This document shows positions 34,088 to 47,382 of a stretch of 64,000 bases of DNA, piece by piece. Numbering within the stretch: position 1 is the first letter of the stretch; each line of letters starts with the position of its first letter. Below the pieces are notes generated by a model. The model was not told the DNA's origin, did not search any database, and saw only the letters and a list, made by a program, of their open reading frames with translations. A program made the translations under genes and the position numbers. The DNA is from Mustelus asterias (lineage: Eukaryota): assembly GCF_964213995.1 (NCBI RefSeq), contig NC_135802.1:70990001-71054000 (forward strand), given 5' to 3'.

Positions 34088-36896
34088 TACATCTACAGAT
34101 TCCCCTTTATCTGCAGCACAGGTTACTTTCTCAAAGAACACCAATAAGTTGGTTACACATGATTTCCCTTTCACAAAACCATGACGACTCTGCTTGATTA
34201 CCTTGAGCTTAGCCAAAGGCTTTTCTATAACTTCTTTAATAATAGCTACTAACACTTTCCCAATGAATACAGATTAACTGGCCTGTAGTTCCTGGCTTTC
34301 TGTCTTCTGCCCTTTTTGAATAATGGAGTTACATTTGCCAATTTCTAATCTAATGGGATCTTGCCCAGTTCTAGGGAGTTTTGGAAAGCTAAAACTTCTT
34401 TTACAAACTTAGGATGAAATCAGGATCTGGGCTTTTGCCAGCCTGCAGCTCCAACAATTTACTCAGTGCTACTTCTGTGGTAACTTCCTGAATTTCACTC
34501 TCCCTTACATTTCCTGGTTTCTAGCTGCTTCTGAGATGTTACTTGTATCCTCCATAGCGAAGACTGGTGCTAAATACCTGTTCAATTTTATATGTATTTA
34601 TTCATGGGTTGTGGGCATCACTGGCTGGGCCAGCATTTATTGCCCATCCCTGAATCCCTTTCACCTGAAGTTGAAACCCGGTTTCCTAGTGACACAGGGT
34701 GCATTCAATGGGAACCCCGTTGACGACAGCGGGACCGGAAGATCCCACTGCTGGTCAATGGCGGGCCGCCTCTGCTGCCGCAAAACACATGGCAGGTTGC
34801 GTGGAAAATCCCACCCCAGGAACCAGAACCAGAAACTACATCCGTCCAGGTGGAAGACACTGCTATCGAACAGCAAGAGTACAGTTCATCCTCAACCTCA
34901 AAATGAAGTCAGGACCAAACCAGGGAGATTGATTAAGGCACCTCAAAGACTAACGTTGTGAAGTCTGAGACTTTGCATGGAGATGTAGTAGGATGTATTA
35001 TATAAGTGGGGTGAAGAGGTGGACTGGGAATGCTGGCACAATCGGCAACGTGGGTGCGAAATACCGCCAGAGTCAGAAAACCAGAATATCTCTGGCAAGA
35101 TTGGTCTTGCTGAAGGCACCCATATTCCATGAATGAATAAAAAATAGAATAACAGTTTATGGTGACATTCTTAGGGAAATAGGCATATCTAAAACAAAAC
35201 CCATCTGGACCCTGAACTGAATACGGAACATCCCCACCACTCCCTGTCCCCTACTCAAATGACAAAGTTAACAGAGAGTTAATAGAATCAGTCAGTCATC
35301 ATCTTTAGTTGCAACGTCACCTTGGAACTCAGAATCAGAGCAGCAATATCACCTAAATCCCAAAAGATATGCACTCGCAGATAGCAATAGTTACAACATA
35401 CAGTGTCACCAACAGCAAGTGCACATACTCAAACTGGTTTTAAGGAATTAAATTTGGTAGCTCTTCATTTCAACTTGAAGGAGTTTTCTCTTGAGTGTAG
35501 AGTAAGTTATTAGCAATTAAAGTACTGATACTGATCACAGTCTATGACATCCACTGGGCTACACCCAACACAAGCATCAAATCTAATGTGGATGCCAGGG
35601 GGTTTCTCATCAATTGAGGAAAGAGTACAAGGGCAAAAGCGACCTTCCAACATAAGTAGGAAAAACCACCAGAGATGGATCACAAGAGATGAAGGAGATG
35701 ATTGAAACAGAAACTGTAGTTATAAAACTGTTTGACCTTTAAAGTCTGCAAAGAGAGTCTCAGGTTCTTTCAGTCAGTATCTCTGAACACAATGAACAGG
35801 CGGACACATCCGTTGTTTGGTGACAAGTAAGGTCGGTCAAAGGGACCACAGAAATGCACTTAACCTTGTGCATCACAACTTCACAGATATGAGGGGCGAT
35901 TCTCCCATTCCTCTGCGCTGATTTTTTAGCGCAACAGGCTGGGAGACTCGAGCGGCGGCCAATTCCCTGCATCTGCCAGTTGACGTTTTTTTGGCATTGA
36001 CGGATCCACACTGAAAATCAACATAACGGACATTAACATGCGTTTACATACCTTATATAATTAGCAGGTCCGTAACTAGAATCTCCGCCCTTGCTAGAGT
36101 CTTCCCCACTCTGGCGTGACGTCATGCTGGTGGGAATTACAACTGCTGGAAAAAGTTGTGAGTTGGTGTGGCAGGAGTAAGGAGGCAGGTTTTATGGAGC
36201 TGCAGCCCCCAGAGTGCAGTGGAGGTTGGAGGCGGGGCCTGGAAACCTTCTGCTTGCTATGGGAAGGGAGAGATGGAAGTGATGTTCCATGTAGTTTCTG
36301 TGGGGTGGGACCCTTTAATGACTGCTGGTCAGGCTGCTATGTGCAGCCACTGGGCTGTTCCATTGTTCTGCCTGTGGGGTGTGGTCAGGGACTGCACTGA
36401 CTGCTGGAGTTTTAGGGAGGGGGGGAAGTGCACCATGTGCTGCTTGAGGGCTCATCAGTTCAGGCAGCTGGTGCGCCAAGGAGGGTGCTCTGATTAACAC
36501 AGACACTCAGACTGCATGTACTCTGTGGTGAATGGGAACCCAGCTCGTGATCATTAGGAGTCTTCCCCAGTCCCGTGTCCCTGACCTGCAACAAGGGAAG
36601 GGAATGCTGTAGTTGCACTCACAGCAATGTCTCAAGGGGGTGCAATGGCTACGCCCGCACACCAACCTGCATGGTCTCCCTGCCAACCGTGTTCACGATG
36701 CCAATGGCAGGCAACATAATCTCATGATGCATGGCACCACAGATTGTGTTGTGTTGGCAGAATCCACAAGTGGGAGTTCTGGACCCAGTGAGGGATTGGG
36801 GAGGTGGAGGGTGTTGCTGGGGTACATGCAATCAATGACATGTATCAATTAATCTGTCTCTCTTTCTAACCCCCACCGTGCAGAATGGATCTCGGC

Positions 36897-38245
36897 CATA
36901 GAGTCATAGAGGTTTACAGCATTGAAACAGGCCCTTCGGCCCAACTTGTCCATGCTGCCCTTTTTATTTTAAACCCCTAAGCTAGTCCTAATTGCCTGCG
37001 TTTGGCCCATGTCCCTCTATACCCATCTTACCCATGTAACTGTCTAAACGCTTTTTAAAAGACAAAATTGTACTCGCCTCTACTACTACCTCTGGCAGCT
37101 TGTTCCAGACATTCACCACCTTCTGTGTGAAAAAATTGCCCCTCTTGACACTTTTGTATCTCTCCCCTCTCACCTTAAACCTATGCCCTCTAGTTTTAGA
37201 CTCCCCTACCTTTGGGAAAAGATATTGACTTTCTAGCTGATCTATGCCCCTCGTTATTTTATAGACCTCTATAAGGTCACCCCTCAGCCTCCTACGCTCC
37301 AGAGAAAAAAGTCCCAGTCTATCAAGCCTCTCCTTATAACTCAAACCATCAAGTCCCGGTAGTATCCTAGTAAATCTCTTCTGCACTCTTTCTAGTTTAA
37401 TAATATCCTTTCTATAATAGGGTGACCAGAACTGTACACAGTATTCCAAGTATGGCCTTACCGATGTCTTATCCAACTTCAACAAGACACCCCAACTCCT
37501 GTATTCAATGTTCTGACCAATGAAACCAAGCATGCTGAATGCCTTCTTCACCACTCTGTCCACCTGTGACTCCACTTTCAAGGAGCTATGAACCTGTACC
37601 CCTAGATCTCTTTGTTCTGTAACTCTCCCCAACGCCCTACCATTAACTGAGTAAGTCCTGCCCTGGTTCAATCTACCAAAATGCATCATCTCACAATTAC
37701 CTAAATTAGACTCCATCTGCCATTCGTCAGCCCACTGGCCCAATTGATTAAGATCCCGTTGCAATCCTAGATAACCTTCTTCACTGTCCACTATGCCACC
37801 AATCTTGGTGTCATCTGCAAACTTATTAACCATGCCTCCCATATTCTCATCCAAATTATTAATATAAATGACAAATAACAGTGGATCCAGCACCGATCCC
37901 TGAGGCACACCGCTGGTCACAGGTCTCCAGTTTGAAAAACAACCCTCGACAACCACCCTCTGGCTTCTGTCATCAAGCCAGTTTTTTATCCATTTAGCTA
38001 CCTCACCCTGGATCCCGTGAGATTTAACCTTATGCAACAACCTACCATGCAGTACCTTGTCAAAGGCCTTGCTAAAGTCCATGTAGACAACATCAACTGC
38101 ACTGCCCTCATCTACCTTCTTGGTTACCCCTTCAAAAAACTCAATCAAATTTGTAAGACATGATTTTCCACTCACAAAACCATGCTGACTGTCCCTAATC
38201 AATCCTTGCGTCTCTAAATGCCTGTAGATTCTGTCTCTCAAAATA
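36897..38245 (-). mobile_element. CR1, 5'-truncated, 417-codon open RT fragment (36988-38241)
   Basis: QHGF, MDFSKAFD, GVPQGSVL, KFADDTK. Confidence 0.95.
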
Positions 38246-38382
38246 CCAGCAGTGCAGCTACTATAAAATACCCCAGTGGGCAGATAGTCACCTGCAACAA
38301 CTGCGCAAAATGCTCATTATCAGGAAACTCTACCTTCAGTAAGCACATTTGATCTCTCAAAACCCCTCGGAATAACCTAAAC

Positions 38383-38689
38383 CAGTGGTTCCCAAAGGGT
38401 GCGGCGCGTCACACTGGTGCGGCGAGAGAGGATGGCAAGTGTGGCGGGAAGATTCAAGGACAATCAAAGAAACATTTAAACATGGTTTAAACAAGCATTG
38501 TTTTATACTTTCTGGATGTCCCATGATCATATTATAAAGTAGTTGTGTTCTATGTTATGGATCAAGCACTGCTAGGAGTTGTTTTTTTTTGTTTTTGAAT
38601 GTATTTCTTATCAATAAAAAATTCGGTGTGGCACGAGCAAATTTTTATTCCGAAAGTGCGGCCCAGTGAAAACAGTTTGGGAACCACTG
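38383..38689. mobile_element. hAT (Charlie-like) MITE, 307 bp
   Basis: 14-bp TIR CAGTGGTTCCCAAA / TTTGGGAACCACTG; perfect 8-bp TSD ACCTAAAC at 38375-38382 and 38690-38697. Confidence 0.93.
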
Positions 38690-39832
38690 ACCTAAACCTT
38701 CGCAGCTGGAGGAGAATCCAGTTTCCAACTCCTTTCACAAATTTATTTCTGATGCCAGAAAAAGGCTTTTGGAATGCCATTGCAAATAAACAGATACAAG
38801 GCATCATGCGGCATTACCAGCTTGGTGTGTTGGGTCAAATGTTCCTGGAACTCATTCAGCATGTCGCTACAGTATTACCTACAGAAGTCTTCCAATTTTC
38901 TAATTTCATGAAAGCCCTTGTTGCTTTATGACCATTTTTATTTATTTTTTGTTTTTATTTTACAGAGCTCAGATCCAGCTCCATACTTTCATTCCAAGTT
39001 ATTTTTCCTATATGATCTTCATTCTTTGTGACGCAAATGCATCTTGAATTTTGTTAGTTTATATTTTTGTGTTGTTTCTTTCCTTCGAGTTCAATAACAT
39101 ATGACTTACTGAAGCAATAACACTGCCAGAAAATCCAATCCAATAAATACAGGAGATTTAATACACATCTGACAGCCTGAGGTACTACATTCTTCTTTGG
39201 AATCTCAGGAGAGATTTATTTCCGATTATTTAATTTAAAATGCAATAGCAATGCCTTTGTCTTATTGGATTGTATTTAATTTCTTTGAAATATTTAATTA
39301 CATGAAAAATATCCAATGTCCAACCTTTTATCATAGTATTTTCCAAACAGCTGAACAGTTTCTAGACTACTTGCAGGAAACTCATTGTTTTCATATGAAA
39401 TTATAACAATCAAACTGTCTTAAAAATTAAACATTTCATAACCAAAATATGGCATAGCAATATTGTGTGTTGGATTTTGCAGCATGAAACTCATTTAAGA
39501 TACAAATGGGAATATGTTACTGTTCCAGTATGTTTTGTTTTCAAAAAGAGTCTTCATAACTTCATGGAAATGTTAACTCAAGACACGTTTACCACTTACT
39601 GATAAATTCATCATGTTATTAAATTTGCCATGAGGCCTAACCAGCCACTTTTCAATTGACCTCAATGCACTGACCAACGATCTCACCATGGCTACAGTCT
39701 TTCTCAGAAGCACAGCACATGAAAGGTGATGTGCATTCCTGTTACCTCCGGTAGAGTGACAATTGAGTTGGATTGCTGCTCTGCTTGTAGTTACTTGCCT
39801 TGAAACCCAGCCATTCCTATCTCTGAGTCAAG

Positions 39833-39864
39833 ATGTGGAGATGCCGGCGTTGGACAGCCCAACT
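39833..39864 (-). mobile_element. PLE family A tail-only micro-insertion (32 bp)
   Basis: ATGTGGAGATGCCGGCGTTGGAC+AGCCCAACT; TSD TCTGAGTCAAG at 39822-39832 and 39865-39875. Confidence 0.8.
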
Positions 39865-41464
39865 TCTGAGTCAAGCCAGTTGAAGCCTGTGCAGCAAAGT
39901 TGAGAGCAGTTCAGTCGAAGACAAGTAAGCTACAGCTCCTTGCCTTGCCTGGAGGAATGGGACATGGGGTTGGGTTTGATCGGGTAGGGTTGGGAAGGAT
40001 AGTCGGGGTGAAGGAGGGGGGTGCAGGGGTTTGAGGTTGGTATTGGCGGGGTGAGGGATTATTGCATGAGGGGTCAGGGGTGTTAGTGAGGGAGGACACC
40101 CATGGGCGGTCTGGGACAATGGGTGTAGTCCTATGGGGGAATCGTAGGAATTCAGTACAAAATCTAGAAATTATTTTAATTCTTCTAACTTTTTCTGGGT
40201 AACTTTTCCTATTTGACACCTGGAATCATCTGAAGTTTGCAATTTAAATCACATTTTCAGATGGTTCTCAGTGCAGGGTTCTTGCCCAAAGGAAATTTGA
40301 ATTTTGCAGGAATTGCTATGCAATCCTTGCCTGGGAATCTCTGGGAGGTGGCTGGAGAGGGTGCGAGGGGAGAATGGGGGGGGGGGGGGGGGGTCCCTGT
40401 GCATCTTTGGCTTATCCCCAAAATACACTGTCCTGGAGCTTGGAAGTTACAATTCAATTTGTTAATCATATTGTGGGTACACAACCTTCTCAAAGAAAAT
40501 GGTCACGCACAACACATTTCCCTATAAATATCGAGATTTATTTTCATGTTGACTAACATGGCAGGATTATCAGCTCGCACAGAAACACTCTCTGAAGATA
40601 CAAAAGACTCCGAATAGTATGCTGGTTTAAATTACTTGTAGCAATGAAAGTAGCAACTAGTTCCTGATTGACATGTTCCTTTACCTACATCGAACATCTA
40701 TGAGATGCTCCCTCCGTTCCTAGAATAATGGAGGAGGGCAGCAACTGTGGCCATTCATGGGTTCCTGAGGTGCTCATGGTCAGTGATATTGAGGAACTTG
40801 AGCCTTAAATTCTCAACTACAGACTTTAACAACTTGGCATCTGCCACTTTAATCCGGCTCAACTGACTTTGTAACAGCAGGACAGGCATCAGCTTCAGGG
40901 TGTCACTGAACTTTGTCATGGTGAGTGATGGCCTTAAGCTACATTCTCATAGCCTGACTGTGCTGCGGTTCAGAATAATTACTGATCTGCACCAGCTATT
41001 TTCTGGGAGCTCTGTGATCTGATTAAAGACCCTATTTCATTCAATCTCCGAGCAAGAGAGATGGTGGTTCCCAGAGCCACCATGGTCCTGCTGTGAACAC
41101 CTCAGAGCGATGCTATTATTGGTGTCACAGACTCCTGTGAAGGGGGAAGGGACTCAATGATGACAGCCTTCACGATCATTACTATGAGTGAGAACCCCAA
41201 GCAGCTGGTAGTGAACTCTGTTGTACTATCTGGCATGTTTTGGAAGCTAGCTGGTAGTCAGTCTAGTGTGTTAAGTAATTGGTGGTGTGCAGATATTGTA
41301 TTTCTTTAAAATGCTGCATCCTTAAATTCAGTGTCTCTGTCCCCCTTGGCAGAACTAGAATGAGAGCTGATCTTTCTCACCCTCCTTCCTTGCAATGACC
41401 TGTATGCAGTAAATTTCCCGATGCAGCCTCCTCCAACTCAAAATTAACAATGAAAGAAATAATT

Positions 41465-41810
41465 TGCTCTTAGGTTCTGCCTTTCAAGATTGCAAGATGT
41501 CCCAACTATCCTTACAGCCAATAAAAAACAATTGAAATGTGGTCATTTATAATGTAGGGTAACATAGCTGTCCAATTTGCACCTAGCAAGTTCCCCCAAA
41601 TAGCAATGAGAAAATGCTCAGATATTGAAGTTGATTAAGGGATAAGTATTGGCTAGATAATCAGGGAACTTTCCTGCACTTATTTGAATAGTGCTGTGGG
41701 ATCTTTCAATGAGGAAAATCCAAGGGGACTTGGTTTAACTTTTCTGACAGACATCTCTGGCAGTACAGCATTCCCTCAGTACTGAAACAGAATATCAGCC
41801 TAGATTATAG
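41465..41810 (-). mobile_element. Decayed Deu-domain SINE (SacSINE1/AmnSINE-like)
   Basis: Minus strand AAAGATCCCACAGCACTATT, TATCCCTTAATCAAC, CATTGCTATTTGGGGGAACTTGCT, ATTGGCTGTAAG; recalled consensus only. Confidence 0.6.
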
Positions 41811-42380
41811 CTTGGATTTTCAACGGGTCAGAATGACTCGAAGCCCTTTAAAAATGGTGGGTGGATCCCAATACTGAGATTCCTGACCCCATTTCCAGGC
41901 TATCTGATTTTCAGGACTGCCTCCCAACCCGGCCAGCTCCATTCTGGAGAAAAGCATATCCTACTCCTCCACAATTTTCATGTAAATCGGGCCAGGTTTT
42001 TAAAGAGTCATGGTTCATTGCCTCTTAGAGAAGCTATGAACCCTAGTCGGCATGGGAGGACCTTTTAAAAGATAAGTTCAAAAGTTCTGTCCTTTGACCT
42101 ATCCCCCATAGCACATCATGCCCCCATGTCAAGCTCTGTCTTCCCTTCTACTCACCACACCCCCACCCCCAATTGCCACTTATGCACCCCCCATGCTAAG
42201 CTATGGCACTTCCATGCCATTATCCCAGTATATACTTTCTAGAGCCAATGAACCCTTTAGTGAGAGTAGGATTTGTAACAAAAGGGTAATTAATTCATAA
42301 CTTTCTTCCATACTGTAAAAAGTCATTTCACTACAAACTAATGCAAGCGACAATCATTCAGAACTTTTAAAGGATGCAAA

Positions 42381-43186
42381 GCTGGGCTGAATAATGGCAA
42401 ATGGAGTTTAACCCTGATAAATGTGAGGTCATTCATTTTGGTAGGACTAATTTAAATGTGGATTACAGGGTCAAAGGTAGGGTTCTGAAGACTGTGGAGG
42501 AACAGAGAGATCTTGGGGTCCATATCCACAGATCTCTAAAGGTTGCCACTCAAGTGGATAGAGCTGTGAAGAAGGCCTATAGTGTGTTAGCTTTTATTAA
42601 CAGGGGGTTGGAGTTTAAGAGCCATGGGGTTATGCTGCAACTGTACAGGACCTTGGTGAGACCACATTTGGAATATTGTGTGCAGTTCTGGTCACCTCAC
42701 TATAAGAAGGATGTGGAAGCACTGGAAAGAGTGCAGAGGAGATTTACCAGGATGCTGCCTGGTTTGGAGGGTAGGTCTTATGAGGAAAGGTTGAGGGAGC
42801 TAGGGCTGTTCTCTCTGGAGCGGAGGAGGCTGAGGGGAGACTTAATAGAGGTTTATAAAATGATGAAGGGGATAGATAGAGTGAACGTTCAAAGATTATT
42901 TCCTCGGGTGGATGGAGCTATTACAAGGGGGCATAACTATAGGGTTCATGGTGGGAGATATAGGAAGGATATCAGAGATAGGTTCTTTACGCAGAGAGTG
43001 GTTGGGGTGTGGAATGGACTGCCTGCAGTGATATTGGAGTCAGACACTTCAGGAACATTTAAGCGGTTATTGGATAGGCACATGGAGCACACCAGGATGA
43101 TAGGGAGTGGGATAGCTTGATCTTGGTTTCAGATAAAGCTCGGCACAACATCGTGGGCTGATGTGCTGTACTGTTCTATGTTCTAA
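42381..43186 (+). mobile_element. CR1 3' fragment with open ORF 42401-43120
   Basis: WQMEFNPDKCEVIHFG...LVRPHLEYCVQFWSP. Confidence 0.95.
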
Positions 43187-43994
43187 TAACAAAATCCACA
43201 ATTGTTTGAAACCACTTAATGTTGTGTAAACAAGCATTGTGATATTGACAGCAGAGATCAGGGAGCCTGAGCAGTCAATCAAATTATATTTTTTCTGGGG
43301 CACAGGTGTTCCAACAAGTATAGTTTTTGGGGCTCTCAGCAAAACATACATAATGAGGTTTTGTTTTTGTCAAACAGAAGACTGAGGCAGGTAGCTTTCA
43401 CTGTGGTAGGTAGGCAGAGATCATGGGGAGTGGATGAGTAGAGTGTTGTTATCAGTGATTATAGGAGAAGCTGATAGATTCCAAGAGGAGATTACAGCGG
43501 GGAGAGAGATGGGGGTTTGGTGATGGTGTATTGGGAGCTTGGGAAACTGAGAGAGGGATTTATAGGGTTAGTTTATTGATGGCAGGGAATCCCAGCTAAC
43601 AATAGTTAAAAATAGAATCCCTGTCAGTTTTCTGAATGGCTAATACATCTCCTAAGATGAATAATAATTTTCTTCCACCCACCCTTGAAATCAAAATTGG
43701 GTCGGTTAAAGGCCGATGGGATTATGTTAGAAATGTTTAACCTTTTTACTTCTGACCTGCTTTTGGAAGTTAAAATTACCTCATAAAGTTCCAGTTATTC
43801 TGGCTCCATTCCACTTATTTATAATGGATCTGTAAGTTACAATGCAGACAGTGAACTCAGAAATATATTGCAATATATATTGATCTTTTCCTCCTTTTCA
43901 AGAAAGGTAACCCTGATAACAAAAGAATACATATCAACCCACAGGGATAAGCATATGCAAATCATCATATAATGAGGGGAAACACATCCATTGC

Positions 43995-44089
43995 TGGATC
44001 AGCCATGATCTTATTGAATGGCGGGGCAGGCTCGAGGGGCTAGATGGCCTACTCCTGCTCCTATTTCTTATGTTCTTATGTTCTTATGC
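43995..44089 (+). mobile_element. CR1 3' UTR only (same subfamily as 14438-16946)
   Basis: Reverse complement of about 14445-14528; (TTCTTATG)3. Confidence 0.9.
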
Positions 44090-44234
44090 TGTGTTTTCAC
44101 AATTTGCAGAGTTGCAGTGCTGAATACATTGTGCAGATGAAAGAAAAGGTCATTTAACCAAACCTGCATTGTGGGAAACTGGCAGATTCAGATTGGCACT
44201 CTGCTTGCTTTTACCTTCTGTTGAAGTAATACAT

Positions 44235-44330
44235 GGTGGCATGGTGGTTAGCACTGCTGTCTCACAGTGCCAGGGACCTGGGTCAATTCCAGCCTTGGGT
44301 GACAGTCTGTTTGGAATTTTCAGGTTCCTT
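44235..44330 (+). mobile_element. SINE tRNA-head fragment
   Basis: GGTGGTTAGCACTGCTGTCTCACAGTGCCAGGGACCTGGGTCAATTCC. Confidence 0.75.
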
Positions 44331-46319
44331 AAAAAGCCAAGATTTGGGGCTCATGCTGGGATCCTGAGAGGCAGGAGCTAAACAAAGCTTAAAGAAATAA
44401 ATTGCATTTAACCTTGTTTGACATCCTAGTAACATGGAGTGCACCCTGTCTTGGAGCTGCACACTTGTTTCTTGTCCTGCTTTCCACTTCCAGGCTGGCT
44501 AGGGGGACAGGTTTTCATTGGGGATTACCTGTGGATATGGTAATTACCCAGGAATGGAAATGGCAGCTCTTCTGAAATGGAACAGATCTGGAACACTTCA
44601 GTGTGTTGTTCCTGTCCATTTCAGAGCAAAGTGGTCAGGAAAATTGGCCTTACAACCTCTTTATTCTGATGATCACCCACTGCTATTGACAGCAGATTCA
44701 TTGGGGTTGGGCATACTTAAAGTGGAATGTTAATATTAATAAGTTGTTCCAAATGAACGAAGCAATCTTGCAGCAGTGCTCCTAATGGATCAGTGAAGCA
44801 CAGAATGCAGAAGTACACTTCCTCTTAACAAATATCTTTCTCAATATTGTACAATGTATTGTCCACACTGGGACTGAAGTAAATGAAAGACATGGATAAG
44901 TCAATTTGGGATTGCTGTTTTTTTCTACATAATAGGAAACAAAAAGGACCAGTATTCATTGCAAAATAATGCTTGAGGCAAATGACAATCACATTATTTA
45001 TGTGTAAATCCCAACCCAGGGGATGAATCTATCCAAAGATTGTTTGTTGTTTCACCACTCTTCATTACTTTCATGCTAATAACCATTGACATGACTTACC
45101 ATTGGCATTCATTGAATGTCAGGAAGTTGTTGTACCTGCGGCGCAGACATTTAGGACTTAAAATTATAAGTGTAAGTGCTTTGTGGTGACATAATTTTTA
45201 ATCACAGCCAATTATTCTCACTGGCCCAGCAAGGAAAAGTGTGAAGTCACATTTCTTTGGGTATTATTTGTAGTTGGAGTTTTATAAAATGTCAAATTTA
45301 TTACTTTTTAATTTACTTTTTTCTGTTTTTATTCTCAGTATTAATTACATCTGCCTCTCTTTCTGTACCTGATTTGATAATGAATTTGCCCACTCTAATT
45401 TACACTTCCTGTTTATTTCTCACCCATTCAATCTGATTGGTTAAGGGGATACAGAATTGGTTTCCCTGTTGAGTGAAGTCCCAGCTGCCCAGTTTCCCAT
45501 TAGCAACCACACTTCCATCGGCCATGATACAAAAATGCTTAAAAGTTAGGCTTGCGCAAACAAGTCTGATTAGCGACAAAACCATTATATGCCCTGCTAC
45601 AAGAAAAGTGATTTATTTGTATCTTCACAACAGAAGATTAATACCAATGAAAAGTTAATAGTTAAATAAAACTTAATAAGTCCATTTTTACAGCTATTTC
45701 AAATTGAACTGTGAAAATTTGCAGGGCTGTTTCTCCATTCTAGATTTGGAGTTGGATGAGTATGGATTAGGTAAGTAATGGTTGAAAAGCAAACCTAAGT
45801 TACTTTTCATTACCCATACATCAAACACGACCTGATTATGCTTATGTGTAGAATGTACAAGAACCATGTTATAGGCCTTGAGAATGACTCAAATTAATGT
45901 AAACCTGTAAGGAGTAAGTTCTCACTGATACGTCGTCTGCTTTGTAACTGTAAATGTAGGAACATAGGGCAGAATTCATACATCCTTCCCAGCAGCGGGT
46001 TTGGAGGTGAGGGGCCTTTAATCAGTCGGAGGCGTGTCAGATGGCACTGTCTATAAATGGAGAGCTGCTGGCCTCTGATTGGCCTGCAGCTCATGGGGTT
46101 GGCAGGGGGGTTCAAGGAGGTGGGATGTTTGTCCTTGGGATCCTTAATTGCTGGGAAGGCCTGATAATGGCGACTTCAGTGGCTGATAAGCATTTAATGT
46201 GGCTGGTCTTCTCCAATGGAAGTCATGATGTGGAGATGCCGGCGTTGGACTGGGGTAAGCACAGTAAGAAGTCTCACAACACCAGGTTAAAGTCCAACAG
46301 GTTTATTTGGTAGCAAATA

Positions 46320-46356
46320 CCATAAGCTTTCGGAGCAGAGCTCCTTCGTCAGATGG
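46320..46356 (-). ncRNA. Minimal hammerhead ribozyme motif
   Basis: Mirror of 46956-46992. Confidence 0.8.
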
Positions 46357-46548
46357 AGTGGATATCTGTTCTCAAACAGTACACAGACACAGAAATCAAA
46401 TTACAGAATACTGATTAGAATGCAAATCTCTACAGCCAGCCAGGTCTTAAATGTACAGACAATGTGGGTGGAGGGAGCATTCAACACAGGTTAAAGAGAT
46501 GTGTATTGTCTCCAGACAGAACAGCTTGTGGAATTCTGCAAGTCCAGG

Positions 46549-46708
46549 TCACGGGCATTCAGCCTTGGATCTTCAGGTAAGCGTTCTCCAAGGCGGCCTT
46601 TATGACACACGACAGCGCAGAGTCGCTGAGCAGAAACTGATAGCCAAGTTCCGCACACATGAGGACGGCCTAAACCGGGATGTTGGATTTATGTCACATT
46701 ATCAGTAA
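46549..46708 (+). pseudogene. C-terminus of PLE GIY-YIG endonuclease
   Basis: HGHSALDLQVSVLQGG...RRVAEQKLIAKFRTHEDGLNRDVGF*: the H-S..DL / R...E..LI..F.T...GLN pattern of PLE GIY-YIG ends. Confidence 0.85.
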
Positions 46709-46758
46709 CCCCCACAGCTTGTTGGATTTATGTCACATTATCAGTAACCCCCACAGCT
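46681..46758. repeat. 39-bp perfect tandem duplication spanning the PLE stop codon
   Basis: TGTTGGATTTATGTCACATTATCAGTAACCCCCACAGCT x2. Confidence 0.95.
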
Positions 46759-46955
46759 TGCCTCCTGGACTTGCAGAATTCCACAAGCTGTTCTGTCTGG
46801 AGACAATACACATCTCTTTAACTTGTGTTGAATGCTCCCTCCACCCACATTGTCTGTACATTTAAGACCTGGCTGGCTGTAGAGATTTGCATTCTAATCA
46901 GTATTCTGTAATTTGATTTCTGTGTCTGTGTACTGTTTGAGAACAGATATCCACT

Positions 46956-46992
46956 CCATCTGACGAAGGAGCTCTGCTCCGAAAGCTTATGG
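46956..46992 (+). ncRNA. Minimal hammerhead ribozyme motif
   Basis: CCAU-CUGACGA-A-GGAGC-UCU-GCUCC-GAAA-GCU-U-AUGG. Confidence 0.8.
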
Positions 46993-47382
46993 TATTTGCT
47001 ACCAAATAAACCTGTTGGACTTTAACCTGGTGTTGTGAGACTTCTTACTCTACTTCTCCAATGGAGGCAGCATGAGACTCTCACAGTTCTCCAGTTGATA
47101 GCCAATGCCCCCCCTGCCCCCCTCCAACCTTGATTAAATTCCGCCCATAGTAACAATAATAAATAGGCCATTCAGCCAGAGTCTGTTCACCATTCTACAA
47201 GATCAAAGCTGATTAATTCCACAATTTCATTTACTGACTTCTGACCAATGTTTCTTGATATCTGCCTTTTCCAGACAAATTTCAGATCTGCATTACCCTT
47301 TGTACAGATAAGGCCTTCCTCCTTTCACCCCTGAATTGTATGATTACAATTTTATGATTCAACCCCTTTGTTCTAGACTACT

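Larger units (their letters stand above)
32335..34590 (-). mobile_element. Older CR1 interrupted by two plus-strand CR1 insertions
   Basis: Minus-strand CR1 pieces at 32335-32755, 32935-32979 and 34088-34590 are colinear. Confidence 0.75.
46224..47049. mobile_element. PLE family A fold-back insertion: 286-bp inverted arms, 215-bp spacer with ORF end, one-sided tail
   Basis: Arms 46263-46548 and 46764-47049 (one mismatch seen); TSD CTTCTCCAATGGA at 46208-46220 and 47053-47065. Confidence 0.95.
45967..47146. mobile_element. Harbinger-like MITE hosting the PLE palindrome
   Basis: GGGCAGAATT / AATTCCGCCC termini with 3-bp ATA on both sides. Confidence 0.6.

Noticed and set aside
35890-36890. 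Possible decayed Harbinger transposase region
   Set aside because: A Harbinger-like terminus is present near 35893, but I could not read convincing transposase motifs.
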